A DNA stretch of 64,000 nt from Bdellovibrionales bacterium (GTDB lineage: Bacteria > Bdellovibrionota > Bdellovibrionia > Bdellovibrionales > JAUICD01), in NCBI GenBank assembly GCA_965197425.1, contig CBDANC010000015.1, positions 96,001 to 160,000 of the forward strand. The letters run 5' to 3'. The position numbers and the translations under genes were made by a program. Below, piece after piece: positions 32,388 through 42,598 of the stretch; positions within the stretch are counted from its first letter, which is position 1, and each line of letters opens with the position of its first letter. The notes under the pieces were generated by a model. That model saw only the letters and a list, made by a program, of their open reading frames with translations. It had not been told where the DNA came from and searched no databases.

Positions 32388-33515
32388 ATGCCAAACCTAT
32401 TTATAGATAGAGCTAATATAGTTGTCAGATCTGGCAAGGGTGGTGCTGGCAAAGTTAGTTTCAGAAGAGAGAAGTATCGTCCAAAAGGAGGACCAGATGG
32501 AGGAGATGGAGGAAATGGTGGTGGTATCATTTTTAAAGTAAATCACCAAATGCGATCCCTTATGGATATAACTCAAAAAAAATATTATACGGCAGAGGAT
32601 GGCTTATGTGGTGGAGGTTCTAACAAGAAAGGTCGTAGTGGAAAGAGTCTAGCTATTGAAGTTCCCTCCGGTACGGTTATATGTTCTGAATCGGAAACTT
32701 TGCACGACATGGAAGAAACTCCAGAAATTGTACTATTAAAAGGTGGTATGGGTGGAAAAGGTAATACATTTTTCAAAAGTAGTACAAATCAAACGCCTTA
32801 TTTTGCACAACCAGGTGAACCAGGCCAAGAGATTGAAATTACACTGGAGCTAAAGCTATTAGCTGATGTTGGTATAATAGGGCTTCCCAATGTAGGTAAG
32901 TCTCAACTGTTAGCTACAATATCAAATGCTAGGCCAAAAATAGCTAATTATCCATTTACTACCTTGGTGCCAAATTTAGGAGTAGTAAAAAGATTTAAAG
33001 ATAGGCCTTCTTTTACTGTCTCAGATATACCAGGTCTTATTAAAGGTGCTTCTAAGGGAGTAGGTCTTGGAATAAATTTTTTAAAGCATGTAGAGAGAAC
33101 AAAAATTCTGGTTCACATGCTAGATTGCAGTGCAACTTTGGATAAATTGATTAAAAACTACAACACAATAAACAACGAACTGAAGCTTTATGACTTACAC
33201 CAGTGGAGTATCCACAAAAATTCACTTGATCTATCCAAAAAACTACAAATAGTTGTGTTAAACAAAATTGATCTGGTGGATGATTCTCATTTAACAAAAT
33301 TAAAATCTAAATTCCCCCGAGCTATTTTAATATCTGCAGCCACAAATGAAGGTATAGACTCTTTACTACATCATATATTGGACACAATTCCATCACCAGT
33401 GGAGTATCCACTACCGGTTGAGTATCCACTACCGGTGGAGTATCCACTACCGGTGGAGTATCCACCTGCAACTATGTCTTACATGGAACCTGACACAGAG
33501 CAGATCGACTTGTAA
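32388..33515 (+). CDS. obgE: GTPase ObgE/CgtA with repeat-derived C-terminal tail
   Basis: GGPDGGDGG, GLPNVGKS, YPFTT, DIPG, NKID; follows rplU-rpmA. Confidence 0.97.
   Translation: MPNLFIDRANIVVRSGKGGAGKVSFRREKYRPKGGPDGGDGGNGGGIIFKVNHQMRSLMDITQKKYYTAEDGLCGGGSNKKGRSGKSLAIEVPSGTVICSESETLHDMEETPEIVLLKGGMGGKGNTFFKSSTNQTPYFAQPGEPGQEIEITLELKLLADVGIIGLPNVGKSQLLATISNARPKIANYPFTTLVPNLGVVKRFKDRPSFTVSDIPGLIKGASKGVGLGINFLKHVERTKILVHMLDCSATLDKLIKNYNTINNELKLYDLHQWSIHKNSLDLSKKLQIVVLNKIDLVDDSHLTKLKSKFPRAILISAATNEGIDSLLHHILDTIPSPVEYPLPVEYPLPVEYPLPVEYPPATMSYMEPDTEQIDL
33394..33465 (+). repeat. 4 x 18-bp in-frame minisatellite (PVEYPL)
   Basis: Unit ACCGGTGGAGTATCCACT with single-base variants. Confidence 0.9.
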
Positions 33516-33538
33516 TCTAGAATTTTTATTTGAGGTAA

Positions 33539-34117
33539 TTGGTGCAAAGTAAAAAAATAGGAATGTTTGGAGGTAGTTTCAATCCATTTCACAATGGTCA
33601 TATTAACTGTATAGTAGAAGCTAAAAAAGCTCTAGGTTTAGATACAGTTATGGTAATTCCTGCCTATAAAAATCCTCTAAAACCTATGATACAATCTCCT
33701 ACACCACAACAACGCCTACATATGTCTACACTTTCATGCAAAGACTATGACTTCATATATGTGGATGACAGAGACATAAAGAGAAAAGGGGATAGTTTTA
33801 CAATAGTATCTGTAAAAGAGCTTGAGAAAATGTATAGTGATATATATCTAATTATGGGAGCAGATCTATTCGGGTTTTTTTATGACTATGCTGGTTATGA
33901 TGAGATAGCAAAGAGAGTTAAAGTGGTGGTAGCTTCAAGACTTGGTTATGAGATAAAAAAAGGTCGTGACATAATTCATATTAAATTAAATGACATAGAC
34001 ATATCAGCTTCTAGACTTAGGAAGTGGATCAAACAAAACAATAACAGGGTATACGATTACATGAACAAGAATGTGGTGGAGTTTATAAAAGAAAACAAAC
34101 TCTATCTCGACTATTAG
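33539..34117 (+). CDS. nadD: Nicotinate-nucleotide adenylyltransferase
   Basis: GMFGGSFNPFHNGH, LIMGAD, ISAS. Confidence 0.9.
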   Translation: MVQSKKIGMFGGSFNPFHNGHINCIVEAKKALGLDTVMVIPAYKNPLKPMIQSPTPQQRLHMSTLSCKDYDFIYVDDRDIKRKGDSFTIVSVKELEKMYSDIYLIMGADLFGFFYDYAGYDEIAKRVKVVVASRLGYEIKKGRDIIHIKLNDIDISASRLRKWIKQNNNRVYDYMNKNVVEFIKENKLYLDY

Positions 34118-34122
34118 CAGGC

Positions 34123-34695
34123 TTATTCTATTAAAAGATCGCTTATCATATCGACGTATCTAGAGTGACTCCAATCATTAGCTCCATCGGAAGACAAAAC
34201 TTTTTTATTATATTTATCTAAAACGAAATTTGCTGGAAGGGCAGAAACACCAAAATATTCCGATGTTTTATTATTATAATCCATGTAGTAATCAAATGGC
34301 ATCTGCATACTGATCCAAATATTATCAACTTCACCTTTAGATATGTTTTCACCTACATTTACAGCTACTACTTTAAATCCTTTATTTTTTAATTTTTCAT
34401 ATAGCTTTGCAATTGTTGGAAGTTCTACCTTGCATGCTCCACACCATGTGGCCCAGAAAGCAACCAAGGTTACAACACCTTGAACTTCTGATAATTCTAT
34501 TACCTGTCCGCTCCTGTCTGTAAGAAGTGCCCTTTGTTCTCCACCAAGTTTTGCCCAATCTTCGTTACCTTTAGTTTGAGAGTAAAGCAAAGCTAATATA
34601 CTTCCGATCACTAAAAGTGTAACCAATATTGTTATAGGTTTTAAAAATGATTTCACCAGGTAAAAATAAAGCTCTAAACAGACATAGTCAACCAA
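34123..34695 (-). CDS. TlpA/ResA-family thiol-disulfide oxidoreductase
   Basis: N-terminal TM, FWATWCGACKVELP, GVSALP; true start may be GTG 34656. Confidence 0.88.
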   Translation of the reverse strand: MVDYVCLELYFYLVKSFLKPITILVTLLVIGSILALLYSQTKGNEDWAKLGGEQRALLTDRSGQVIELSEVQGVVTLVAFWATWCGACKVELPTIAKLYEKLKNKGFKVVAVNVGENISKGEVDNIWISMQMPFDYYMDYNNKTSEYFGVSALPANFVLDKYNKKVLSSDGANDWSHSRYVDMISDLLIE

Positions 34696-34877
34696 GGCTT
34701 ATATCAAATCAGAAGGGGCAGATAGTTTTAGAGTATGTGCTTATATTAGTTGTAACTGTGGCATTAGCCTCTACCATTGTAAGTACAATGGTGAAGAGAT
34801 CGGATAATGAAGATGAGCGTGGGTTTATCATAAACTCATGGAGCCAGTTAATAGATGTAATAGCCTCAGATGTCTAA
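34647..34877 (+). CDS. Small Flp/TadE-like pilin with class III signal peptide
   Basis: KG|QIVLEYVLILVVTVALAS: G|xxxxEY followed by a hydrophobic helix. Confidence 0.7.
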   Translation: MISPGKNKALNRHSQPRLISNQKGQIVLEYVLILVVTVALASTIVSTMVKRSDNEDERGFIINSWSQLIDVIASDV

Positions 34878-36333
34878 AACTGAATGTATTTTAGCAATAG
34901 ATCAAGGTACCACTGGTACAACAGCTTGTCTTGTTAGTAAATCTGGTTTTATATTGGCTAAGCACAATGTAGAATTTAGACAAATTTATCCGCAACCAGG
35001 TTGGGTAGAACACAATCCACAAGATATCTGGAAAAGTACAAAACAAGCTGTCCAGAAGGTGTTAGAAAAATCCAGAACCAAGAAAATTCACTCTATTGGT
35101 ATTACCAACCAAAGAGAAACCATTTTGATATGGAATAAAAAGACAGGCAAAGTTTTACATAATGCAATTGTTTGGCAATGTAGAAGAACAAAAGATTTTT
35201 GTGATAAATTAAGAAAAACAAGTAAAAGCAAAATAAAATCAAAAACAGGTCTTGTTATAGATCCATACTTTAGTGCTTCAAAGGCCAGATGGTTACTTAA
35301 TAGATACAAAAATAAAGATACAATTGTTGGTACTATTGATACCTTTTTGTTATGGAAATTAACAGGAGGCATGGCTCATAAAACTGATGTTACTAATGCA
35401 TCTAGAACACAGCTTTTTAACATCAAAACTCTTAGTTGGGACGAAGAGCTTTTAAAAATCTTTAAAGTTCCAAAACATACACTGGCTTCTGTTATGCCTT
35501 CAGGTAGTATTTTTGGTACCACAAAAGACCTAGACTTTCTTCCTAATGGAATTCCTATATCTGGCATGATTGGGGATCAACAGGCTGCTTTATTTGGAGG
35601 GGGTAGTTTTAATCCGGGGAACACCAAATGCACTTTAGGAACCGGCAGCTTCATGTTGATGAACATAGGTGATAAACCAAAGAACGCAAGGCATTGCTTA
35701 ACCACGATAGCTTGGCAACTAAAACAAGATAAACCGGCAGTGTATGCTTTAGAAGGTTCTGTCTTTATATGTGCTGCTGCTGTTTCGTGGTTAAGAGATG
35801 GGCTAAAAATTATAAAAGATGCCAAGGAAATTGAATCACTGGCAAAAAAAGAATCAGATAGTGGAGGTGTAGAATTCGTTCCAGCTTTAACAGGGCTAGG
35901 ATCGCCCCATTGGGATGCAGGTGCTAGGGGTTTGATTTGTGGATTAACAAGAGGAACAAATAGATCACATATAGCTAGAGCTACACTAGAGGCAATGGCA
36001 CTGCAAAACTGCGAAGTTCTATTTGAAATGGAAAAAATTAAAAAAATTAAGAAAATAAAAATTGATGGGGGAGCTGCTAAAAATAATCTGCTTTTACAAT
36101 ACCACAGCGACTACCTGGGGGTGGAAGTTACAAAACCAAAAATAGTTGAAACAACAGCAATGGGAGCTGCATTTATGGCAGGTCTTACCACTGGCTTTTG
36201 GAAAAACTTAAACGAAATAGAAAACATACTCAAAGTGGATAAAGTATTTAAATGTAAGATGACCAAACAGAAAAGAAATATGAGACTTGCTTCTTGGCAA
36301 AAAGCTATCAAAAAAACCAAAGACAAATCATAA
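34870..36333 (+). CDS. glpK: Glycerol kinase
   Basis: AIDQGTT, GITNQRET, AIVWQCRRT, TDVTNASRT, GDQQAALFG. Confidence 0.97.
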   Translation: MSKTECILAIDQGTTGTTACLVSKSGFILAKHNVEFRQIYPQPGWVEHNPQDIWKSTKQAVQKVLEKSRTKKIHSIGITNQRETILIWNKKTGKVLHNAIVWQCRRTKDFCDKLRKTSKSKIKSKTGLVIDPYFSASKARWLLNRYKNKDTIVGTIDTFLLWKLTGGMAHKTDVTNASRTQLFNIKTLSWDEELLKIFKVPKHTLASVMPSGSIFGTTKDLDFLPNGIPISGMIGDQQAALFGGGSFNPGNTKCTLGTGSFMLMNIGDKPKNARHCLTTIAWQLKQDKPAVYALEGSVFICAAAVSWLRDGLKIIKDAKEIESLAKKESDSGGVEFVPALTGLGSPHWDAGARGLICGLTRGTNRSHIARATLEAMALQNCEVLFEMEKIKKIKKIKIDGGAAKNNLLLQYHSDYLGVEVTKPKIVETTAMGAAFMAGLTTGFWKNLNEIENILKVDKVFKCKMTKQKRNMRLASWQKAIKKTKDKS

Positions 36334-36476
36334 AAAATCAAATTAACACACATAAAAAATTGTTACTTGTTAAATAACCCTCTAAATGCCCAAAGTTTGA
36401 GCTTCCGTGTAATAAATAGCTTGAAAAGCTTTAAGACTTAGGACTATATCTTGTTGGTGTTTATTATTTGTAAGAT

Positions 36477-37106
36477 ATGAAGCGGATTTTATTTACATTT
36501 TGTTTGTGTGGTATTCTCTCCACCGGTGTGATTGCAAGCGATGAGTTGGATTTCGGAAAGAAGGCTGCTGATGAGTATGTTCTGAATAGGACAAATAGGC
36601 TGACCTACCCTGGAGAAGCTCGCTTTATTGGTATACTAGGTGGCCACACCTTTAAATCCTCTGCCTACAACTGGGGTGATATGCAGTGTAGCGACAAATG
36701 TCAGGATATTGGTGGATACCAGGTAGGGTTGGTTTATGGCACCAGGATGAATTGGAAGTCTGTGGATTTGTTGTGGAGGGCCGTGGTCAATTTTTTCAAT
36801 CTAAAAGATGAGTATAAACCCATATCATTTTCCATTAAACCCAATTTAGTGTTTCCTGAAATTAAATCCAAAGTACCTATATATGTTGGTATTGGGGCGG
36901 GGTTAGGTATGTTTACTAGGCAAGCTTCTAAAACCTCGGCACTATCTGTTGATATAGATATGTTTACAGGATTTAGGGCAATGAATGTGTTAAGTTCCCT
37001 TGGTTTCTTTGCTGAGGTAGGTTGGCAAACCAAAATATTTTTGTTGTCTACAAGAGGGAGATTTATATCTGGCTATGTGGCTGTTGGTACTGGATTAAAT
37101 TTCTAA
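36477..37106 (+). CDS. Putative outer-membrane beta-barrel protein
   Basis: Signal peptide, PIYVGIGAG strand, C-terminal GTGLNF. Confidence 0.7.
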   Translation: MKRILFTFCLCGILSTGVIASDELDFGKKAADEYVLNRTNRLTYPGEARFIGILGGHTFKSSAYNWGDMQCSDKCQDIGGYQVGLVYGTRMNWKSVDLLWRAVVNFFNLKDEYKPISFSIKPNLVFPEIKSKVPIYVGIGAGLGMFTRQASKTSALSVDIDMFTGFRAMNVLSSLGFFAEVGWQTKIFLLSTRGRFISGYVAVGTGLNF

Positions 37107-37111
37107 TATCT

Positions 37112-38146
37112 CTACCGTGCTGATTGGCAGTCGTAGACTGTACAACGGCTGTATTCGTCGCTACAACTTGCACTAACATCAACTTCTCTAATCCTACTTC
37201 CACAGGCCAAATAAATGTCACTGTTCAGTGGAGTATAACAGCTTTGTGATAGTACATAACAAGTTTCTCCACCCCCAGGATTTTGAGTGGTAGTAGTTCC
37301 ACACCAAGAAGAATCTGTACTTAGTTTAAAGCCTGTACTATCTATTTTATAATAGACAGTATAATTACTTTCTACATTTGAGGCCTTGACATTGAATTGA
37401 ACCGTTTTACATCTGTTATTAGTAGGCGTATTTGGCACATTAACATTAAGCACTGAGTTTTGTGTATTACAATGAATTTTTTCGAGGGTTTGTGTGTTGC
37501 TCCCTGATGTAGCTCTTATAATACAACTAGAACTAAATGGGTTGTTTAATCTGACAGATATTACATAAGCAGCTTCACCTGTATGACAATTGGCAACGGT
37601 GGGTACTGTATCTGGAACAAAAGCGTTTATTCCTGCTACAGGGCATCGATACCCAAGATCTGCTTCGATACTAGAAACGAGTGTTATATTTTTTTGATAA
37701 GAGAAACGATCATCTCCAAGATCTTCAATTGCTACTACTGTATATTTTCCAAGCTTTCTTGAATCAAAAGAGTGTGTAAGTTCACCTCCACTAACAGGCT
37801 CTCTAAGTACATTTGTTACTACTCCCTTTGAATCGATATAATCAATATACCACTCCAAATTGTCCGATGCTTGTGGATCAGAAACCGTGAAAACTACGTT
37901 AGAGGGTTTTAATATGTCATCATGATATGTTTTGTTTCCTACCCTCATCTCTATGTCATCGCTGAAATTTCCACCATGGCTAGATGAGCCAGATGAGCCA
38001 GATCTATGTATGGCACAGTTTTGAAATATTGCCATTGCTCCTAGACCCATGAAAAGCGATGCAATGGCTATGTACAGATAGTGCTTAGTTTCACCGCGAA
38101 CTTTCATGAGAGGTAGTTCGGAATTTAATGAACCAAACTTAATCAA
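37112..38146 (-). CDS. Hypothetical lipoprotein with Cys-rich C-terminus
   Basis: Hydrophobic stretch followed by FQNC lipobox, Ser/Gly linker, beta-rich domains. Confidence 0.7.
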   Translation of the reverse strand: MIKFGSLNSELPLMKVRGETKHYLYIAIASLFMGLGAMAIFQNCAIHRSGSSGSSSHGGNFSDDIEMRVGNKTYHDDILKPSNVVFTVSDPQASDNLEWYIDYIDSKGVVTNVLREPVSGGELTHSFDSRKLGKYTVVAIEDLGDDRFSYQKNITLVSSIEADLGYRCPVAGINAFVPDTVPTVANCHTGEAAYVISVRLNNPFSSSCIIRATSGSNTQTLEKIHCNTQNSVLNVNVPNTPTNNRCKTVQFNVKASNVESNYTVYYKIDSTGFKLSTDSSWCGTTTTQNPGGGETCYVLSQSCYTPLNSDIYLACGSRIREVDVSASCSDEYSRCTVYDCQSAR

Positions 38147-38239
38147 TTAGCTATGATTCGAAGTGCGTACCATATGGTAAATCAGAGAATTTCTATTTTT
38201 GTTCTTGCAAGGTATGTGGTTTCCAATCATATATTACCT

Positions 38240-38470
38240 ATGGCAGATAAATCTTCAAAATTTGAAGAAAATGTGAAGGGCTCATTTTATGTGGATAACA
38301 CTTGCATTGCTTGTGATGCATGTAGTGTTGCTGCCCCTAATAACTTTAAGCTGTTAGAAGATGAGTATGCATTTGTATTTAAACAACCCGATTCTGAAGA
38401 AGAAAAAGAACAGTGTTTAGAAGCAATGGAGAGTTGTCCGGTAGAGGCTATAGGAAATGATGGAGATTAA
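38240..38470 (+). CDS. Ferredoxin (single 4Fe-4S/3Fe-4S type)
   Basis: CIACDAC...AP..F...CPVEAIG; start at ATG 38240. Confidence 0.9.
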   Translation: MADKSSKFEENVKGSFYVDNTCIACDACSVAAPNNFKLLEDEYAFVFKQPDSEEEKEQCLEAMESCPVEAIGNDGD

Positions 38471-39074
38471 GCCTCTATTGAGGTTACTGAAGAAAAATTA
38501 CGAGGAAACTGAGTGCGCTCTAGAGCACAAAAATCCCTGGCAACTTTTGATAGCTACAATGTTATCTGCGCAATGTACAGATGAAAGAGTTAATATGGTA
38601 ACTCCAGTATTATTTAAAAAGTTTACAAATGAAAAACAGTTGGCAAAGGCGAATGTTAAGGAAGTAGAAAAACTTGTCTATTCAACTGGATTTTATAAAA
38701 ATAAAGCACGAAATATAATAAAAGCCTCTCAGGCTCTATCTAGCTTTGAGAAATTCCCAGATACCATGGAAATTTTAGGCTCACTTCCAGGTGTTGGTAG
38801 AAAAACTGCAAATGTGGTTTTGGCAAATGCATTTGGAAAACCTGCGGTTGTGGTCGATACCCATGTCACAAGGCTGGTTAACAGATTTGGGCTTGCCAAA
38901 GGAAAAAATGCTACAATCTTGGAAAGAAAGCTTAATGATATTTTAGATAAAAAAGATTGGATTATGTTTTCTCACTATCTAATTGCGCATGGCAGAGCAG
39001 TTTGTAAAGCTAGAAAACCTAACTGCTCTAAATGCTTCTTATACGATCTTTGTCCTAGAGTTGGTGTTCAATAA
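38457..39074 (+). CDS. nth: Endonuclease III
   Basis: LSAQCTD, LPGVGRKTANVV, VDTH, C-x6-C-x2-C-x5-C. Confidence 0.96.
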   Translation: MMEIKPLLRLLKKNYEETECALEHKNPWQLLIATMLSAQCTDERVNMVTPVLFKKFTNEKQLAKANVKEVEKLVYSTGFYKNKARNIIKASQALSSFEKFPDTMEILGSLPGVGRKTANVVLANAFGKPAVVVDTHVTRLVNRFGLAKGKNATILERKLNDILDKKDWIMFSHYLIAHGRAVCKARKPNCSKCFLYDLCPRVGVQ

Positions 39075-39117
39075 TAGTTTGACATAATAAGGCTTGGGTG
39101 GAACACTTTTTTCGACA

Positions 39118-39600
39118 ATGTTTATATCATTTTTTGAAAGCTTTAAACACGTAGGTCATTTAATTCCAGTAGCAGGGCTTAGGATATACTTGGGTGTTTA
39201 CTATATCTGCGAATGTTACTCTAGATATAACAATGATTTCTTGTCTGCCAATATTATACCTAGTTTAATCAAAGATAATTTATCTGAACAATTAAATATA
39301 GGTGGATATCAGAACTTTATAAGTGGCTACATATTAGATCACTGGAAGTTTGTAGCTTACTTTGTATTGATTTGTGTACTGTTGATTGGCGTATCTTTTA
39401 TATTTGGTTTTATGGTAAAAGTATTTTCTTTAATAGCAGTTTTTTTAAGTTTACATATTCTGATGTTTGGTAATAGTAGTGATTTTTTAATACATCAAAT
39501 TCTCATTGGTGTTAATCTTACTTTTTTCTTGATTGGTGCTGGTAGGTGCATAGGAATAGACTATTTCTTTTATAAGAAAACCAGAGGCTTATTTTGGTAA
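39118..39600 (+). CDS. DoxX-family membrane protein
   Basis: LRIYLG, several TM helices, GAGRCIGID. Confidence 0.75.
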   Translation: MFISFFESFKHVGHLIPVAGLRIYLGVYYICECYSRYNNDFLSANIIPSLIKDNLSEQLNIGGYQNFISGYILDHWKFVAYFVLICVLLIGVSFIFGFMVKVFSLIAVFLSLHILMFGNSSDFLIHQILIGVNLTFFLIGAGRCIGIDYFFYKKTRGLFW

Positions 39601-40565
39601 AAATTATTTTGATAGTCCTGGCTTTAATTTATCCTATTTGGAAAATTTTAGACAGAACTCCGGACTGTTATCTTAGTATTTATACATACTCTTCATTTAC
39701 TAGCAGTTGGGGTGCTGGGCCTGCCTTAAACAAAATGTTTATAGACAAGCACAGTTGTGAGTTGAGGTTTGAGGATGTTGGAGATTCCAGAACTATTTTA
39801 CAACGCTTAAAAAGAGAAATAGAAGTGAAACAAAAATCAGATGTAGATGTGGTTCTTGGGTTGGATCAGTATTCAATAGATGAAGCTAAAAATACAACAA
39901 AATGGGTTAATATAGAGAATTTGAAACCAGATTTTTACGATTGGAGTACCCACAAATACTTTAAGGAGGAACAGTTTTTTATACCATTTGATTGGGCTCC
40001 TTTGGTATTTATCACAAATCTGGAAGATAAGATTAGTTCCGTAGATGAAATATTGAATCACAAATACTCTCTTATGGAACCTAGAAGTAGCTCTCCGGGA
40101 TTTCAGTTTTTAGTCTGGATCTTAAATGGTATGGGAAAAGATGTTTTAACCAAATTCAAAAACAACGCACACACTATTTCTCCGTCTTGGAGCACTGCTT
40201 ATGGTCTTTTTACAAAAAATGAAACCAATGTCATATTTACTTATCTTACCTCATTGGCGTATCACATGGAAAAAAACGAAACAAACTATAAGATGGTTGA
40301 AATAAATAAACCCTATCCATATCAGGTAGAATTTTTGGGTATTTCGAATGACAGCACAAAAAAGAATTTAGGTAAATTGTTTATAGAATTCATTTTGTCC
40401 AATGAGGCACAGCTTGCAGTTATGAAGCACAACTATATGTTGCCAGTTGCGGCCTCAGTGGTTAAAGGTACTGTTTTTGAGAATCTGCCAGATGTCAAGT
40501 TGGTAAAAGAGAACAGGGAACAAAAAAAAGCACAATACTATATAGATATTTGGAAAGACATATGA
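39594..40565 (+). CDS. thiB: Thiamine ABC transporter substrate-binding protein
   Basis: IYTYSSF.SSWGAGP, DVVLGLD, PRSSSPG, WSTAYGLF, YLTS.AYH, QVE. Confidence 0.85.
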   Translation: MVKIILIVLALIYPIWKILDRTPDCYLSIYTYSSFTSSWGAGPALNKMFIDKHSCELRFEDVGDSRTILQRLKREIEVKQKSDVDVVLGLDQYSIDEAKNTTKWVNIENLKPDFYDWSTHKYFKEEQFFIPFDWAPLVFITNLEDKISSVDEILNHKYSLMEPRSSSPGFQFLVWILNGMGKDVLTKFKNNAHTISPSWSTAYGLFTKNETNVIFTYLTSLAYHMEKNETNYKMVEINKPYPYQVEFLGISNDSTKKNLGKLFIEFILSNEAQLAVMKHNYMLPVAASVVKGTVFENLPDVKLVKENREQKKAQYYIDIWKDI

Positions 40566-41926
40566 AGCATTTTGCTTTGTTAGGCCTGTTTTTATTTTTA
40601 TTTTTACCTTATGTTTTTTTATTTTCATTAGACAACTTTTCTTTTGTTAGTTTAGATTTTACAGTCATCTATCACACATTCATTCAGGCATTTATTAGTG
40701 CACTGCTATCTATATTGTTAGGTCTTATAGGTGCTTGCGGTTTACTCAACTTAAAGAGATTAGAGTTCATATGCCTTCTGCCATCTATATTACCTTCATT
40801 GTTTGTGATAATTGCATTGTTGAATATAAAAATGCCCTACGGCTTTGTTGGGATAGTGGTTGCACATACTGTGATAAATGTTGGGCTGGTTTCTTTTATA
40901 TTAGCTCAAGCTATAAAAGGTTCTTGTGGTAGAGAAATTTTTTTAGCAAGGTTATGTGGTATATCTAGAATTAAGGTTTTTTTTAAAATTGTGCTAGTAA
41001 AAATTAAAACTCAGACTCTATATGCATTTTTAACTGTTTTTGCTTTTTGTCTCTCTAGTTTTTCTATACCTCTTATTCTAGGAGGGGGAAAATTCCAAGT
41101 ACTGGAGCTTTTAATATATGAACTTGTCAGATTTGACAACAACCTATCTGGAGCTGCGCTGGTTTCTGTTTATCAGATTGTGGTTATGTTGTTATTGGTT
41201 ACTATAATTTCAAAATTAAATGTAGAAAAAAACAAAACAGTTAAGTGGGATTATATTAGTTTTAAACCATTTGTTTTAATTCCCGTTTCAATATTAATTT
41301 TGTTGTTTGGTTCTGTGATATTTAACCTCATAGGTATTTTACAAATAAAAGATGTTTTAAATTTGAGTTTAGTTCAAAGTTTTATTGGCACACTTTCATT
41401 AAGTGCGTTCACTGGTTTGTTGGTTATGTTAGTGTTAGCTGTTATGTTATTTGTAGGTGAAAGCAAATTTTTAGATAGAGTTTATTTATCATTTATAGCA
41501 CCTAGTACTGCTGTTATAGGAGTATCGATGATTGTGTTGTCTTATTGGCTTGGTGTTGGTTTGACTCCTGTTGCTATGTGTTTGTTATTCATTGGTGTGT
41601 TGTATAGACTTGGTTGGTCTGATGAAATAAAAAAATACAAAAAACAGAAATTTTTGGCCAGAGTTTATGGACACAATGATTTTTCCATATTTAAAAATAT
41701 ATCTTGGCCACTTTCAAAAAAATTAGCAGGCAAACTCTCAGGTTTGGCTGCATTTTGGGCAGCAGGAGATTTTGCAGTATGTACAATTTTAAATGAAAAA
41801 ACGCTTGGTTTGGTAGCAAAAAACTTCCTGTCTAGTTACAGGGTGGATGGTGTAAGTTGGATTTTTCTATTAATGACTTTTGTTGGTGCTATGATGTATT
41901 TTATGTTCAGATATGTCACTGATTAA
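40562..41926 (+). CDS. thiP: Thiamine ABC transporter permease
   Basis: TFIQAFISA, VAH...N, SF.IPLILGGG, LE..IYE, GDF; lies between thiB and an ATPase. Confidence 0.75.
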   Translation: MKHFALLGLFLFLFLPYVFLFSLDNFSFVSLDFTVIYHTFIQAFISALLSILLGLIGACGLLNLKRLEFICLLPSILPSLFVIIALLNIKMPYGFVGIVVAHTVINVGLVSFILAQAIKGSCGREIFLARLCGISRIKVFFKIVLVKIKTQTLYAFLTVFAFCLSSFSIPLILGGGKFQVLELLIYELVRFDNNLSGAALVSVYQIVVMLLLVTIISKLNVEKNKTVKWDYISFKPFVLIPVSILILLFGSVIFNLIGILQIKDVLNLSLVQSFIGTLSLSAFTGLLVMLVLAVMLFVGESKFLDRVYLSFIAPSTAVIGVSMIVLSYWLGVGLTPVAMCLLFIGVLYRLGWSDEIKKYKKQKFLARVYGHNDFSIFKNISWPLSKKLAGKLSGLAAFWAAGDFAVCTILNEKTLGLVAKNFLSSYRVDGVSWIFLLMTFVGAMMYFMFRYVTD

Positions 41927-42545
41927 GAATATAAATCTAAAATTAAATAATTTTTGTCTAAGCCTTGAAGAAGTAGAGGTTCCAGATCAAGGCATGACTG
42001 TTGTAATGGGTAAGAGCGGTAGTGGTAAAAGCACTTTGCTTAAGGTATTAATGGGCTGGTTTAACCCAAAGGGATGGAGTTGGCTTTTTAAGGAACAAGA
42101 TTTAAGCCTTTTGCCCGTTGAAAAAAGAAAGCTTGGTGTTTTGTTTCAAGAAAATGATATTTTTCATCACCTAACAGTTAGGGATAACCTGCTGTTTTCA
42201 GGAAGAGTAAAAAAAGAGACTGACCTTTCCAAAAGATTAATACAAAAATTAGATCTAAATGGTATTTTTGATAAAAAGGGAATTGAGTTGTCTGGGGGTG
42301 AAAGGCAGAGAGTAGCTTTGGCAAACGCTATTATGACAGCTCCTAATATATTGTTACTAGACGAACCTTTTAATTCTTTAGATAGAGAATTGAAGTCACA
42401 GGCCGTAGCACTTACGCTTAATATTATAGATGAGTTTAAAATTCCTGCAATTATGGTGACTCATGATGAAGCCGACAAATCTATTGCCAAAAAATTATTG
42501 AAGATATATAACGGAAAGGTGACTGAGGCTGTGGATTTGGTTTGA
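41913..42545 (+). CDS. thiQ: ABC transporter ATP-binding protein (thiamine)
   Basis: GKSGSGKST, LSGGERQR, LLLDEPF; operon context. Confidence 0.78.
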   Translation: MSLIKNINLKLNNFCLSLEEVEVPDQGMTVVMGKSGSGKSTLLKVLMGWFNPKGWSWLFKEQDLSLLPVEKRKLGVLFQENDIFHHLTVRDNLLFSGRVKKETDLSKRLIQKLDLNGIFDKKGIELSGGERQRVALANAIMTAPNILLLDEPFNSLDRELKSQAVALTLNIIDEFKIPAIMVTHDEADKSIAKKLLKIYNGKVTEAVDLV

Positions 42546-42598
42546 TAAAATCAAAGTTTAAAGACTTTTCTTAAAAACTATAACGAGGCCCAAAAACC

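Noticed and set aside
39061..39600. TPP riboswitch expected ahead of thiBPQ
   Set aside because: No intergenic space and no CTGAGA core seen
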